The notes under the pieces: generated by a model | Databases searched by the model: none | What the model was told of the DNA's origin: nothing | What the model saw: only the letters and a program-made list of their open reading frames with translations | Position numbers and translations under genes: made by a program | Part shown: one piece after another, positions 30,868-48,389 of the stretch | Numbering within the stretch: the first letter of the stretch is position 1 | Layout: each line of letters opens with the position of its first letter | Assembly (NCBI RefSeq): GCF_009914755.1 | Contig: NC_060932.1 | Length of the DNA stretch: 64,000 nt | From: the human T2T-CHM13v2.0 reference genome, Homo sapiens | Direction: 5' to 3' (one strand)

Positions 30868-31902
30868 TCACAGGCACCACCCATGCCAATTACAGCTGAA
30901 GGAATCATATGCAAACTATACCACTGTACCCACCCAGAATCAAAGCCAAAGTGTGATATCCAATGAACACTGTAGATACAGCTGTAAGAAAAGGTCTTTC
31001 CCATATAAAAGCCAATCCATAAAATTGGAAGAAATGACTGTTATGTCAGAGGCACAGATAGTCACATAAGGATGCAAGAAATATGAAAAAGGAAACATAA
31101 CATCTCAAAGAAGCACAATAATTCTCCAGCAACAGATCCAATGAAAAGAAAATCTATGAAATACCTGAAAAAAATTCAGAATAATGTTATTAAAGAAACT
31201 CAGGGAGATACAAGAGAACACAGATAATGAATACAAAAAAAAAAAAAAAACAGGAAAACTATTCATGATCTGAATGACAAATTCAACAGAGATAGACAAC
31301 ATAACAAAGAACCAAACACAAATCCTGGAAGAGAATAAATCATTGAAATAAATACAAAAGATAATTGACAGCTTTAACAATAGACTAGATCAAGCAAAAC
31401 AAAGAATTTCTGAACCTGAAGACTAGTCTTTTAAAATAATCCAGTCAGACAAAAAGAAAGAAAAAAGAATGAAGCAAGGCTACATGACATATGGGACACA
31501 TATGTGACCAAAAACTGAAATTCTGGGAGTTCTGGATGGAGATGAGATGGGTAAAGGCATAGAAAACCTATTTAATGAACTAATAACTGAAAACTTCCTG
31601 AATGCTTCCAAATGCAGGAAGCTCAAAGATTACCAAGTAAATACAACTCAAAATGGTCTTCTCCAAGGCACAATATGGTAAAATTGTCAAAAGACAAAGA
31701 GAAAATGCTAAAAACAGCAAGAGAAAGGCATCAAGTCACTTATAAGAGAATCTCCATCAGGCTAACAGGGAATTTCTCAGCAGAAACCTTACTGGCTAGG
31801 AGAAAAGGGGATGTATATTACAAGTACAAAAAAAAAATAATAATAAAAAAATGTAAGCCAAAAATACTCTACCCAGCAAAGCTATCCTTCACAAATGAAG
31901 GA

Positions 31903-32060
31903 GCCTGGCACAGTGGCTCACATCTGCAATTCCAGAGACTCAAGGCTGAGGCAGGAGGACCATTTGATCCCAGGAGTTCAAGGCTGCAGTGAGCTATGAT
32001 CATGCCACTGTACTCCAGCCTGGGTGACAGAGTGAGACTCCATTGCTAAAAAAAAAAATA
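31903..32060 (+). mobile_element. FRAM/AluJ-type monomer
   Basis: single monomer with A tail. Confidence 0.8.
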
Positions 32061-32322
32061 GTAATAATAAAAGGGAAAAAAGTATTTCCCAGATAAGCAA
32101 AAGACTGTTTGTTTGTGTCTTGTTTGTTGTGGTCCTATAAGAAATGTTTAAGGGAGTCCTACATTGGGAAGTGAAAGAACAATATCTACCATCATGAAAA
32201 TACATGAAAGTATAAAACTCACTGGTAGTTCAGACACACAAAGAAGAAAGGATTCAAACATCACCACTAAAGAAAACCACCAAACTGCAACCATAAATAA
32301 TGAGAGAAAAAAGGAACAAAGG

Positions 32323-34626
32323 TGTATTAGTCTGTTTTCACACTGCTGATAAAGACATACCTGACTGAGACTGAGCAATTTACAAAAGAAAGAGGTTTAA
32401 TGGACTTACACTTCCACATAGCTGAGGAAGCCTAAGAATCACGTTGGAAGGCAAGGAGAAGCAAGTCATGTCTCACATGGATGGCAGCAATCAAAGATAG
32501 AGCTTCTGCAGAGAAACTACCCTTTTCAAAACCATCAGACCTTGTGAGACGTATTCACTATCATGAGAACAGCATGGGAAAGACCTGCCCCCATGACTCA
32601 ATTACTTCCCACCAGGTCCCTCCCACAACATGTGGGAATTCAAGATGAGACTTGGGTGGGGACAAAACCAAACCATATCATTCTGCCCCTGGCCCTTCCC
32701 AAATCTCATATCCTCACATTTTGAAACCAATCATGCCTTCCCAACAGTCCCCCAAAGTCTTAACTAAGTTCAGCATTAACTCAAAAGTCCACAGTCCAAA
32801 GTCTCATTTGAGACAAGGCAAATCCCTTCTGCCTATGAGCATGTAAAATCAAAAACTAGTTAGTTACTTCCTAGATACAATGTGGGTATAGGCATTGGGT
32901 AAATACAGTCATTCCAAATGGCAGAAAATTGCCAAACAAAGGGGCTACAGGACCCATGCAAGCCCAAAATCCAGTGGGGCAGTGAAATCTCAAAGCTCCA
33001 AAATGATCTCCTTTGACTCCATGTCTGACATGCAGGTCATACTGATGTATGACCATGGCCTTGGGAGAAAAAAGGCCACAGCTCCACTCCTGTGGCTTTG
33101 TATGGTTTAACCCCCCTCCTGGCTCCTTTCACGGGTTGGCATTGAGTGTCTGCAGCTTTTCCAGGCACACAGTGCAAGCTGTCAGTGAATCCACCATTCT
33201 GGGGTCTGGAGGATGGTGGCCCTCTTCTCAAAGCTCCACTAGGTGGCGCTGCAGTAGGGACTCTATGTGGGGGCTCCGACCCCACATTTCCCTTCTGCAC
33301 TGCCCTAGTAGAGTTTCTCCATGAGTGCCCTGCCCCTGCAGCAAACTCCTGCCTGGGTATCTAGGAATTTCCATACACCTTCTGAAATCTAGGCAGCAGT
33401 TCCCAAACCTCAATTTTTGACTTCTGTGCACCCACAGGCTCAACACTATGTGGAAGCTGCTAAGGCTTGGGGCTTGCACCCTCTGAAGCCACAGCCCAAG
33501 TTGTACCTTGGCTCCTTTTAGCTGCAGCTGGAGTGGCTAGGACTCAGGCACCCTTGGCTGCTCACAACAGGGGTCCCTGGGTCCAGCCCACAAAACCATC
33601 TTTTCTTCCTAGGCCTCTGGACCTTTGATGGGAGGGGCTGCCATGAAGACCTGTGACATGCCCTGGAGACATTTTCCCCATTGTCTTGGGGATTCACATT
33701 TGACTCCTCGTTACTTAAACAAACTTCTGCAGCCAGATCGAATTTTTCTTGAGAAAATGGGATTTTCTTTTCTATTGCATTGTCAGGCTGCAGATTTTCC
33801 AAACTTTCATGCTCTGCTTCCCTCATAAAACTGAAGGCCTTTAACAGCACCCAAGTCATCTCTTGAATGCTTTGCTGCTTAGAAATTTCTTCTATCAGAT
33901 ACCCTAAATCTCAAGTTCAAATACCCTATCAGTTACCCTAAATCTCTCAAGTTCAAAATTCCACAAATCTCTACAGCAGGGGCAAAAAGCCACCAGTCTC
34001 TTTGCTAAAACATAACAGGAGTCACCATTGTGCCAGTTCCTAACAAGTTCCTCATTTCCATCTGAGACAACCTAAGCCTAGACTTTATTGTCCATATAAC
34101 AATCAGCATTTTGGGCAAGTCTCTAGGAAATCTCTTCCAAATTTTCCCACATTTTCCTGTCTCCTTCTGAGCCCTCCAAACTGTTCCAACCTCTGCCTGT
34201 TTCCCAGTTCCAAAGTCACTTCCACATATTCAGGTATCTTTTAGCAACACCCCACTTCTGGTACTAATTTACTGTATTAGTCCATTTTCACACAGCTGAT
34301 AAAGACACATTCAAGACTGGGAAATTTACAAAAGAAAGAGGCTTAATGGACTTACAGTTCTACATTGCTGGGGAGGCTTCAAAATCATTGCGGAAGTCAA
34401 GGAGAGGCAAGTCACATCTTACAGGGATGGCAGCAGGCAAAGAGAGAGCTTGAGCAGGGAAACTCCTCCTTTTAAAACCATCAGATCTCATGAGACTTAT
34501 TCACTATTAAAAGAATAGCATGGGAAATACCTGCCTCCATGATTCAACTACTTCCCATTGGGTCCCTCCCACAACACATGGGAATTCAAGATGAGATCTG
34601 AGTGGGGACACAGCCAAACCATATCA
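32323..34626 (-). mobile_element. Full-length THE1 MaLR element (LTR-int-LTR)
   Basis: LTRs 32323-32680 and 34273-34626 (reverse complement TGATATGGTTTGG...TAATACA); perfect 5-bp TSD AAAGG. Confidence 0.93.
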
Positions 34627-36779
34627 AAAGGATATACAAAATAACCAGAAAACAATGAACAAAATGACAGGAATAAATCCTCGCCTATCAATAATAACTT
34701 CGAATATGGGTTAAATTACCTACCTAAAAGATACAGTCAGGCTTAATGGATAAAAAGTGACCCAACATCACTTCCCTTGTAAAGACACACACAGACTGAA
34801 AGTGAAGGGATGGAAAAAGATATACCACACAAACAGAAATCAAAAATAATCAGGAGTAGCTAAACTTACATCAGATAAAACAGACTTTAAGTCAAAAACT
34901 GTAAAAAGGACAAACAAGGTCATTATATGGTAATAAAGGGATCAATTCAGCAACAAAGTATAACAATTCCAAATATGCATGCAACCAACACAAGCGCATC
35001 CAGAGACATATAGCAAATATTATTAAATCTACATGGAGAGATAGAGTCCAATAAAATGATAGTTGAGAACTTCAATATCCTACTCTCAGCATTGGACAGT
35101 TCATCTAGACATAAAATCAACAAAGAAACATTAGATTTAAGCTGCACTTTGGACCAAATGGACCTAACAGATATTTTCAGAATATTTCATCCAGCAGCAG
35201 CAGAATATACAATCATCTCATCAACACATGGAACATTCTCCAGGATAGACCATATGTTAGGACACAGTACAAGGCTCAATAAAATTTTAAAAATTAAAAT
35301 CATATCAAGTATCTTCTCAGACCACAATGGAATAAAACTTGAAATCAATAAGAAGAAGAAATTTGGAAACTGTACAAATATATGGACATTAAACATGCTA
35401 TTGAATAATCATTGGGTCAATGAAGAAATTAAGATGGACATCAAAAAAATTTTTTAAACAGAAAATGGAAACACATCATGCAAAACCTATGGGATACAGC
35501 AAAAGCAGTACTAGGAGGAAAGTTTATAGCAATAAATGCCTACACCAAAAAAGTAGAAAGATTTCAAATAAACAACCTAATGATGCACCTCAAGGAACTC
35601 AAAAAGCAAGAACAAATCAAACACACAATTAGTAGAAAGAAAAAATATAAATAACATAGCAGAACCAAATGCAACAGAGACAAAAAAAATGCAAAGAATC
35701 AACAAGATAAAAGTTGGTTTTTTGAAAAGTTAAACAAAATTGATAAACCACTAGTGAGGCTAACCAAAAAAAAAAAAAAAGAGACCAAAATAAATACAAT
35801 CAGAAATGAAAAAGGAGACATTACAAGTGTTACCAAAGAAATAAAAAGGATAATTAGAGGCTATTATGAACAATCATATGCTAACAAATTGGAAAACCTA
35901 GAGGAAAGGGATAAATTCCCAGACATACACAGCCTACCAAGGTTGAACTAGGAAGAAACAGAAAACGTGAACTGACCCAAAATGAATAGCAGGTTTGAAT
36001 CAGTAACAAAATGTCTCCCAAAGGAGAAAAGCCCTAGACTAGGCTTTTATGCTGATTTCTACCCAATTTATAAAGAAAAACAAACACCAATTCTTCTCAA
36101 ACTATTCCCAAAAATTGAAGAGGAAGGAATTCTTCCTAACTCATTGTATAAGGCCAGCATTACCCTGATATCCAATCAAGACAAGGACACAACAAAAGGA
36201 GAAAACTACAGGCCAATATTCCTAATGAACACAGATGGTAAAATTCTCAGCATAATACTACCAAGCCAAATCTAATGATGAATGAAAAAGATAATATACC
36301 ATGATCAAGTGGGATTTATCCCAGGAATGCAAAGGTGGCTCAACATACACAAATCAATACATGTGATACATCACATTGACAAGATGAAAGGCAAAAACTA
36401 TCTGATCATCTCAGCAGATGCAGAAAAATCACTCAGTAAAACTTACCATTCCTTCATGATGAAAACTCTCAACAAATTAAGCATAGAAGGAACACTTCAA
36501 CCTAAGAAAAGGCATATATGACAAATCTACAGCTAACATCCTACTCACTGGGAAAAATTGAAAAGCCTTTCCTCTAAGAACTGGAACAAGAGAAGGATGC
36601 CCACTTTCACCACTCTTATTCAACACAGTATGGGACATCCAAGCCAGAGTGATCAGACAAGATAAAGAAAAAAAAGGCATCCAAATGGACAAAAGGAAGT
36701 CCAATTGTCTCACTTTGCAAATGACATAATCGTATACCTGTAAACAGAAAAACCTAAAGACTCTACCAAAAAACTCTTA

Positions 36780-37098
<319 letters not shown>

Positions 37099-37593
37099 TT
37101 AAAAAAGGATGTATAATTCAGTAAAGCTTCAGGACACAAAATCAACATACAAAAATCAGTAATGTTTCTATATACCAGTAACAAACTAGCTAAAATAGAA
37201 ATCAAGGAAGAAATTCTATTTACAATAGCTACAAAAATAAAATACCTAGGAATAAACTTAACCAAGGATGAGGAAAAAAAAAACCCAAAAAACCTCTACA
37301 ATGAAAACCACAAAACACTGATAAAATAAACTGAGAAGGACACAAACAAATGGAAAGGCATCTTATGCTCGTGGGTTGGAGTAACTAATACTGTTAAAAT
37401 GACCATACTACCCGAAGCAATCTAGAGATTCAGTATAATCCCTATCAATTATATTCTTCACAGAAACAGGAAAAAAAAAAACCCTGAAATTCATATGGAA
37501 CCACAGAAGACCCCAAATAGCCAGAGCAATACTGAGCAAAAAGAACAAAGCTAGAAGCCTCACACTACCTGATTTAAAAATATACTGCAAAGA

Positions 37594-38931
<1,338 letters not shown>

Positions 38932-40460
38932 TACAAAGCTATAGTAACCAAAACAGCGTGTACTGGTATTAAAACAGACACAAAAACAAAGGAAACAGAC
39001 TAAAGAATCCAGAAATGAATCCACATATTTACAGCTAACTGATTTTCAAGAAAGCTGTCAAGAACATGCATTGAATAAATGACACCCTCTTCATTAAATG
39101 GTGCCAGCAAAACTAGATATCCAAACACAGAAGAATAAAACTAGACCCTTATCTCTCATCACTTAGAAAAATAAACTCAAAATCAGTTAAAGACTTAAAT
39201 GTAACAGCCACAACTATAAAACTACTAGAAATAAACACAGGAGAAACGCTTGAGAACAAAGATTGTATGGCTAACGCTTAAAAAGTACAAGCAACAAAAA
39301 CAGACAAATGGGATTATATTAAATTAAATTCCTTCTGTATATCAATTAAAACAATCAACAGAGTGAAAAGACAACACCCCTCCCTTACACCACACACAAA
39401 AATTAACTCAAGATGACCTGCAGACTTAAATGTAAAACCCATAACTATAAAAACGCTGAAGACAACCTAGGCAATACCATCTGGTACATAGTGATGGGCA
39501 AAGAGTTCATGGTGAAGATGCCAAACGCAATTGCCACAAAAGCAAAAATTGGCAAATGGGATCTAATTAAATGAAAGAGCTTCTACACAGCAAAAGAAAC
39601 TATCAAAAAATAAACAGACATTTCTCAAAAGAAAATATACAAATCACCAAGTTTATGAAAAAATATTCAACATCACTAATCATCACGGAAATGCAAATCA
39701 AAACCACAATGAGATATCATCTCACACTTGTTAGAATGGGTATTAAAAAGACAAAGCACAACAAATGCTGGCAAGCATGTGAAGAAAAGGAAATTATTGT
39801 ATATTGTTGGTGGGAATGTAAATTGGTACAGCCATTATGAAAAAAAGTACAGAGATTTCTCAAAAAACTAAGAACAAATCTACCATATGATCCAGCAATC
39901 CCACTCCTGGGTATATATCCAAAAAAAGATATCAGTGTATCAACGGGATACCCATACCCCCATATTTACTGCAGCACTATTTGCAATAGCCAAGATATGG
40001 AATCAATCTAAATGTCAATCAATGGATGAATGGATAAAGAAAATGGGAATATACGCACAATGGAATAGTATTTAGCCATAAAAAAATGAAATCCTGTCAT
40101 TTTCAGCTAATTGGGTGGAATTAAAGGTCATAACGTCAGGTGAACTAGGCCATGCACAGAAAGAAAACTATTGCATGTTCTCACTTATATGAGCAGCTTA
40201 TGCTCCTGGAAATCAAAGCGGGGCCATATTTCAGGTCAGTAGGGTCACGGATAGAGACCACAGTTATGGACTTGTGTGCCCTGGAGCTATATAAAATTGA
40301 TATCATGGAGATAAAGAGTAGAATGATAGTTACCAGAGGCTAGGAATAGGAGAGGTTTGAAAAGAGGTTGATTAATGGGTATAAAAATATATAATAGAAG
40401 GAATAAGATCTAGTGTTTATTATCACAGAAAGTGACTACAATAATTTATTGTATGTTTCT

Positions 40461-42595
<2,135 letters not shown>

Positions 42596-42780
42596 AAATA
42601 GATTTATTGTGTATTTCTAAATAGCAATAAGATTTGAAATATTCCCAACACAAAGAAATGATCAATGTTTGAGGTGATTAATATCCTAAAGACCCTGACT
42701 TGATCATTACACATTACATGCATGTACCAGAATCTCACATGGACCCCATAAATGTGTACAATTATTCTCTATCAAAAACT
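42596..42780 (+). mobile_element. 3' terminus of host L1MA
   Basis: CCCAACACAAAGAAATGATCAATGTTTGAGGTGA..CCCATAAATGTGTACAATTAT. Confidence 0.8.
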
Positions 42781-43179
42781 TTTTTTTTTAAGAAACATGC
42801 AGGAATACACTCTACCTCTTCCTTGCTGTGTCTGGATATTGTCACATGAGGACTTGACATGCGGATTGTGGCAGCCTCTGTGACCAAGAGCGGAAGACAA
42901 CAGCAGCATAGAAACCTCAAATGAAAAATCTAACATCTCAAGCTACTAATTTAGCCAACCTTGGCATCAGCTATCTCTGGTCTTAGTATATGAGGCGATA
43001 AGCCCCCACTGTTCAAGTTGGGTGTCTATCAATTGCTGCAGAATAGAAGTTAATGAGGCTTCCTCCTCCTGGATCCCCTACTAGACCCTGACATGCCCAT
43101 TCAGTCACAGGCAGAAAGGGAAGCACAGGGTAAGGAGACCTGGCTGACTGTGCCAGACGCAGATCTTACCTGTCCTGCT

Positions 43180-45094
43180 TAGAACACTCAAAGCTCAATT
43201 GGTTAAACAAAAAAAGGAAAAATACAATAAGGAGTATAGCACTCCCCAGATGCAACTTAATCTAACACTCTATACTTTAGATTTTCTAGACATACATAGA
43301 AATCAGACCACTACTTCTGCAGAACATTTTACTAGTAAAAATAATAGGCCACGTGAGGGAAAACTGATTTGGTGGAAAGACAACAAAAACAAAATATGGG
43401 AAATAGGTAAGGTGATAATATGGGGGAGAGGTTTTGCTTGTGTTTCACCCGGAGAAAATCAGCTTCCTGTTTGGATACCCACTAGACATTTGAAGTTCTA
43501 CAATGAACCTATCAAGATGCAAATGAAAGTGCCTCTGCAGAGACAGAAAACCCGCAGTCGAGCATCATCGACTCGCAGGGTGAACAAAATGGTGATATCA
43601 GAAGAACAGATGAAGTTACAATCCACCAAGGAAACGGCACATGTGGAGAGCCAGGGAGAGGAAGAGAAAGAAAAAGAGACAGAGATCAGAGAGAGACACA
43701 GAAAGTGAGACTGGGGAGAGAGACAGTGTAAAAGAGAGAGAGAGAGAGACCGTAAAAGAAGGGAGACAAAGAGATAAAAGGTGCGAGTGAGCAGGTGAGG
43801 AGAAAGACTGAAAACTATGAGAAACAGCAACTAAGACACAAAGGAGGTGGGAGACTGCCTTGGTGCCGCAGCACCCACACCGTCCTCTTGCCCCATCACT
43901 TGGGTTAAAACCACCGGAAATTCCACTATTGCAAATTTTTTATTAATCCTTGTATGTCTGTCCTTTCTATTTTTAGTCTACAGGTGTATCCAGCAGCTCC
44001 AGAGAGACAGCGACCAGCGAGAAGGGGCCATGATGATGGAGGTGGTTTTGTCAAAACGAAAATGGGGATATGTAGGGAAAAGAAAGAGAGATCAGACTGT
44101 TACTGTGTCTACATAGAAAGGGAAGACATAAGAGACTCCATTTTGAAAAAGACCTGTACTTTAAACAATTGCTTTGCTGAGATGTTGTTAATCTGTAGCT
44201 TTGCCCCAGCCACTTTGCCCCAACCACTTTGACCCAATCTGGAGCTCATAAAAACATGTGTTGTATGAAATCAAGGTTTAAGGCATGTAGGGCTGTGCAG
44301 GACGTGCCTTGTTAACCAAATGTTTGCAAGCAGTATACTTGGTAAAAGTCATCACCATTCTCTCATCTCAATAAACCAGGGGCACAATGCACTGTGGAAA
44401 GCCGCAGGGACCTCTGCCCTTGAAAGCTGGGTATTGTCCAAAGTTTCTCCCCATGTGATAGTCTGAAATATGGCCTCGTGGGATGAGAAAGACCTGACGG
44501 TCCCCCAGCGCGACACCCATAAAAGATCTGTGCTGAGGTGGATTAGTCAAAGAGGAAAGACTTGCAGTTGAGATAGAGGAAGGCCACTGTCTCCTGACTG
44601 CCCCTGGGAACTGAATGTCTCGGTATAAAACACGATTGTACATTTGTTCAGTTCTGAGATGGGAGAAAAACCGCCCTATGGTGGGAGGCGAGACATGTTT
44701 ACAGCAATGCTGCCTTGTTCTTCTTTACTCCACTGAGATGTCTGGGTGGAGAGAAACATAAATCTGGCTTACATGCACGTCCAGTCATAGTACCTTCCCT
44801 TGAACTTCATTATGACATAGATTCTATTGCTCACGTTTGTTGCTGACCTTCTCCTTATTATCACCCTGCCCTCCTACTACATTCCTTTTTGCTGAAATAA
44901 TGAAGATAATAATCAATAAAAACTGAGGGAATTCAGAGACCTGTGCCAGTGCAGGTCCTTAGCATGCTAAGCGCAGGTCCCCTGGGCCCGCTGTTGTTTC
45001 TCTATACTTTGTCTCTGTGTCTGATTTCTTTTCTGTCTCTCATCCCACCCGACAAGAAATACCCACAGGTGTGGAGGGGCAGGCCACCCCTTCA
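43180..45094 (+). mobile_element. HERV-K(HML-2) 3' remnant: integrase C-terminus, deleted env, LTR5
   Basis: [62 protein letters not shown]; env/rec start; TM tail; PPT and LTR. Confidence 0.93.
44071..45094 (+). repeat. LTR5 (A/B-type) 3' LTR
   Basis: TGTAGGGAAAAGAAAGAGAGATCAGACTGTTACTGTGTCT...GGCCACCCCTTCA; TATAAAA near 44624, AATAAA near 44915. Confidence 0.93.
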
Positions 45095-47029
45095 GTATGA
45101 GATTACAGGCATGAATAACCCCACCTGGCCACCTAACTCACTCTTGAGAGGCCAGAAGTGATGCTGGAACTTTCTTCCTCTGTGGGTGAAAAAGGGAAAA
45201 TTAGGGAGAACAGAAGGCATGAGAGATGCAGCGATGGATATGTCTATATGGAGCTTCTGTCTGCATCCAGTAGAAAATGCATCTGTAGGCACCAGGTTTA
45301 AGAGCAAAATCCTGGAGTCTTGTCTGTTAGCATTCTCCTTCCCCACAAACCAGAGAAGGAATATATTTGCTCCAGCACACCCGGATGTAGGAAATGTCAC
45401 ATTCCTATTTCTGTAACTTCACTTAAATCTGCTCTGAGTCTCTGGATGCCTGGCAGGTGGAGAATTCAATCTTGTCGTTACCAGTATTCCTTTCCCTTCT
45501 CCATGGGCTTATGTAAGAATTCTGGGCTTACACACTGTTGGAAAGCCAGGTAGGAACTACATCCCCCGAACTCTCCATTCTTCCAGCTGCTCATGATCCA
45601 TCAACCTTCTTTGGGCCACCTGCTATAGCAAGACCCTCCTCACAGCATCATTCCACTGACCCACAGGCTCAGCCCCAGGGACCCTCACTAGAACAGGTCT
45701 CCACTATGCATAGGAACTCACAAAAACCTTCTCTTCATCTTGGCTTCTGCTGATATCCAGCCACTCCCCCACTTCTCATCTTAAACACAGATGGCAGCTC
45801 CTTCCCATCATTCCAAAACTGGGGGATTGTCCAGCCAAATTCTCTGCAGACACCAAAGCTTCACCCGTCCTCTTCAGGGAGGTGATGCAAGGGCATCTGA
45901 TTTCTTTGGAAGCCCAATTCTGGCCTCTCTTTGGGGTGGGCTGAGAGTGGGAACCAGACTCTCTTTTCCAAATGTCATGTTTATCTTGTTCATCATTATA
46001 TTATCTCCAATGCCTGGCACATAGTAGGCACTACAGACTGACACATAGTAGGTGCTATTAGTGTCTGTGTAATGGGACTCTTGAGGTTGAAGCTATTAGC
46101 AGAAACCTGCCAAGCAAAAGGATGGAAAACCAACCACCAAAAAAAAAAAAAAAAAAAGAAAAGAAAAAGAAAACAATCGTGGCTTTGAGCTCTAAACACA
46201 CAAGGCACCAGCCCAAGTTTGGGCAATTTTACTACAACAGCCATTTTGCCTCCAAACAAACTGGCACTGGAAACCTCCCTCTGCCTCTTAAAGAGAACCA
46301 GTTTCCCTTTCTCTAAGTGGACAGCATTTCTCCCCGGTGGCAGTACCCAGCCCACTGCCACCAGCAAACGACTGCAGCCAGGAGCCAAGAGCTTGATAGT
46401 TTAAAGAATAGATCTTATAGGGAAAAACAAAGTAACATCCACATAAATCTGGAACTACCACCACTTTCCAGAGGCCGAATCCCATTTGTAAATTCTCTTG
46501 CGTGTCAAGCACCTTGCAGTCAGCTCAACTACACACTTTTGGGATTCGTTGCAGAGAAGAGTGAAGGTTATCTGCAAAATAAAGGAACCAGGGCTCAGAA
46601 TTCCCAGAGCAATCCATGACAGAGGAGGTGAGTTGAAAAGGGAAGGGTGAAGTCAAAGGAGAGAAGTCAATGAGTTGGCCAACACCAAGCAAGGATCATG
46701 GGACCCTCTCCACGGCCCCACATCTCAAATGAAGTCAACAAAACCCATCAATGCTTGGTGTAAGTGTTGTATGCTCCTGGAAATGAAAGCAGGGGCCAAA
46801 TTTCAGGTCAGTAGGGTCAGGGGTAGAGGCAGCTGTCATGGACTTGTGGGCCCTGGAGGATGGGATGATTCTGAGACATTGAATCCCTACACTGATCTCA
46901 GTAGAAATCTCAGGTAGGGCTTCAACATTCGTCGACAAAGGACTCTGTGGGCATCAGAGCAACAGCCTTGGTGCATGTCCAAGCTCCATCAATCCCAACT
47001 GGGGCTTTGAACAAGTTACTTATTTTTTT

Positions 47030-47695
47030 TAACTAACGTTATTTTAATTGACAAATCATAATTGTACCCATGTATGTGATGTTTTGATATATGTATACAA
47101 TGTGGGATGATTAGATCAAACTAATGAACACGTCCATCCCCTAATTTACTGACAATTTTCATGATGCGACATTTGAAATGTACCCACTTAGTTATTTTGA
47201 AAGATACATTATTATTGACTATAGTCACGCTGCTGTGCTATAGATTTCAAAACATATAATCCAGCAACCCAACTTCTGGATATAGACCAAAAAAAAATCA
47301 AAATCAATATGTCGAAGGGATCCCTAAATTCCTATGTTCACTGCAGCTCTATTCACAATACCCAAGATATAGAATCAACCTAAGTGTCCATCAGTGGATG
47401 AAAGGATAAAGCAAATGTACTATATACACACAAAGGAATACTATTAACCCTTAAAAAAGAAAGAAATCCTGTCATTTTCAACAACATAGATGAACTTGAA
47501 AGACATTGTGTTAAGTGAAATAAGCCAGGCACAGAAAGACAGATACTGCATGATTTTATTGTATGTGGAATCTAAAGAAGTTGAACTCACAGAAATAGAG
47601 AGTAGGACAGTGGTTATCAGGGGCTGGGGTGAAGGAAAGGGAGGGGATAGGAGACACTGGTCAAAGGGTACAAAGTTTCCAATAGGAAGAATAGT
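47030..47695. mobile_element. L1M 3' fragments in opposite orientations
   Basis: minus-strand 3' end 47030-47255; plus-strand segment 47256-47695. Confidence 0.75.
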
Positions 47696-47699
47696 TTTA

Positions 47700-47835
47700 A
47701 ACAAGCTAAACTCCTCTGAAAGCTCAGTTCCTCATCTGTAGAGCACGGATACATCATTAACCTTCTAAGGATGTTGCTGTGAGAGTAAGAGATGATGTTC
47801 AGCACAATACCTAACGCACAGTCAGGTCTCCTTAA
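47700..47835. mobile_element. MIR
   Basis: CTCAGTTCCTCATCTGTA..GTTGCTGTGAGAGTAA. Confidence 0.6.
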
Positions 47836-47998
47836 GCTTGAACCTGCATCGCCATGACCTCTACATCTCAGGACAGAAAGGCTCACAGCCAGTGTCTCAG
47901 TTCCCAATGAAAAGTGGATCCCAGACCAGGCTGGACAGCAGGATCCCTAGGGGATACCCCACCCTACTGAGTCAGAATCACCAGAGGTAGAACCTGGG

Positions 47999-48017
47999 TA
48001 TGTATGTATGTGTGTAT

Positions 48018-48059
<42 letters not shown>
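47999..48059. repeat. (GT)n/(ATGT)n microsatellite
   Basis: direct. Confidence 0.95.
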
Positions 48060-48061
48060 AC

Positions 48062-48388
<327 letters not shown>

Positions 48389-48389
48389 G

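Noticed and set aside
35056-36521. Active L1 ORF2
   Set aside because: Fragmented by stops and frameshifts and interrupted by Alus.
43180-45094. SVA element (SINE-R resembles env end plus LTR5)
   Set aside because: No hexamer, Alu-like or VNTR domains; integrase sequence and a complete LTR end are present.
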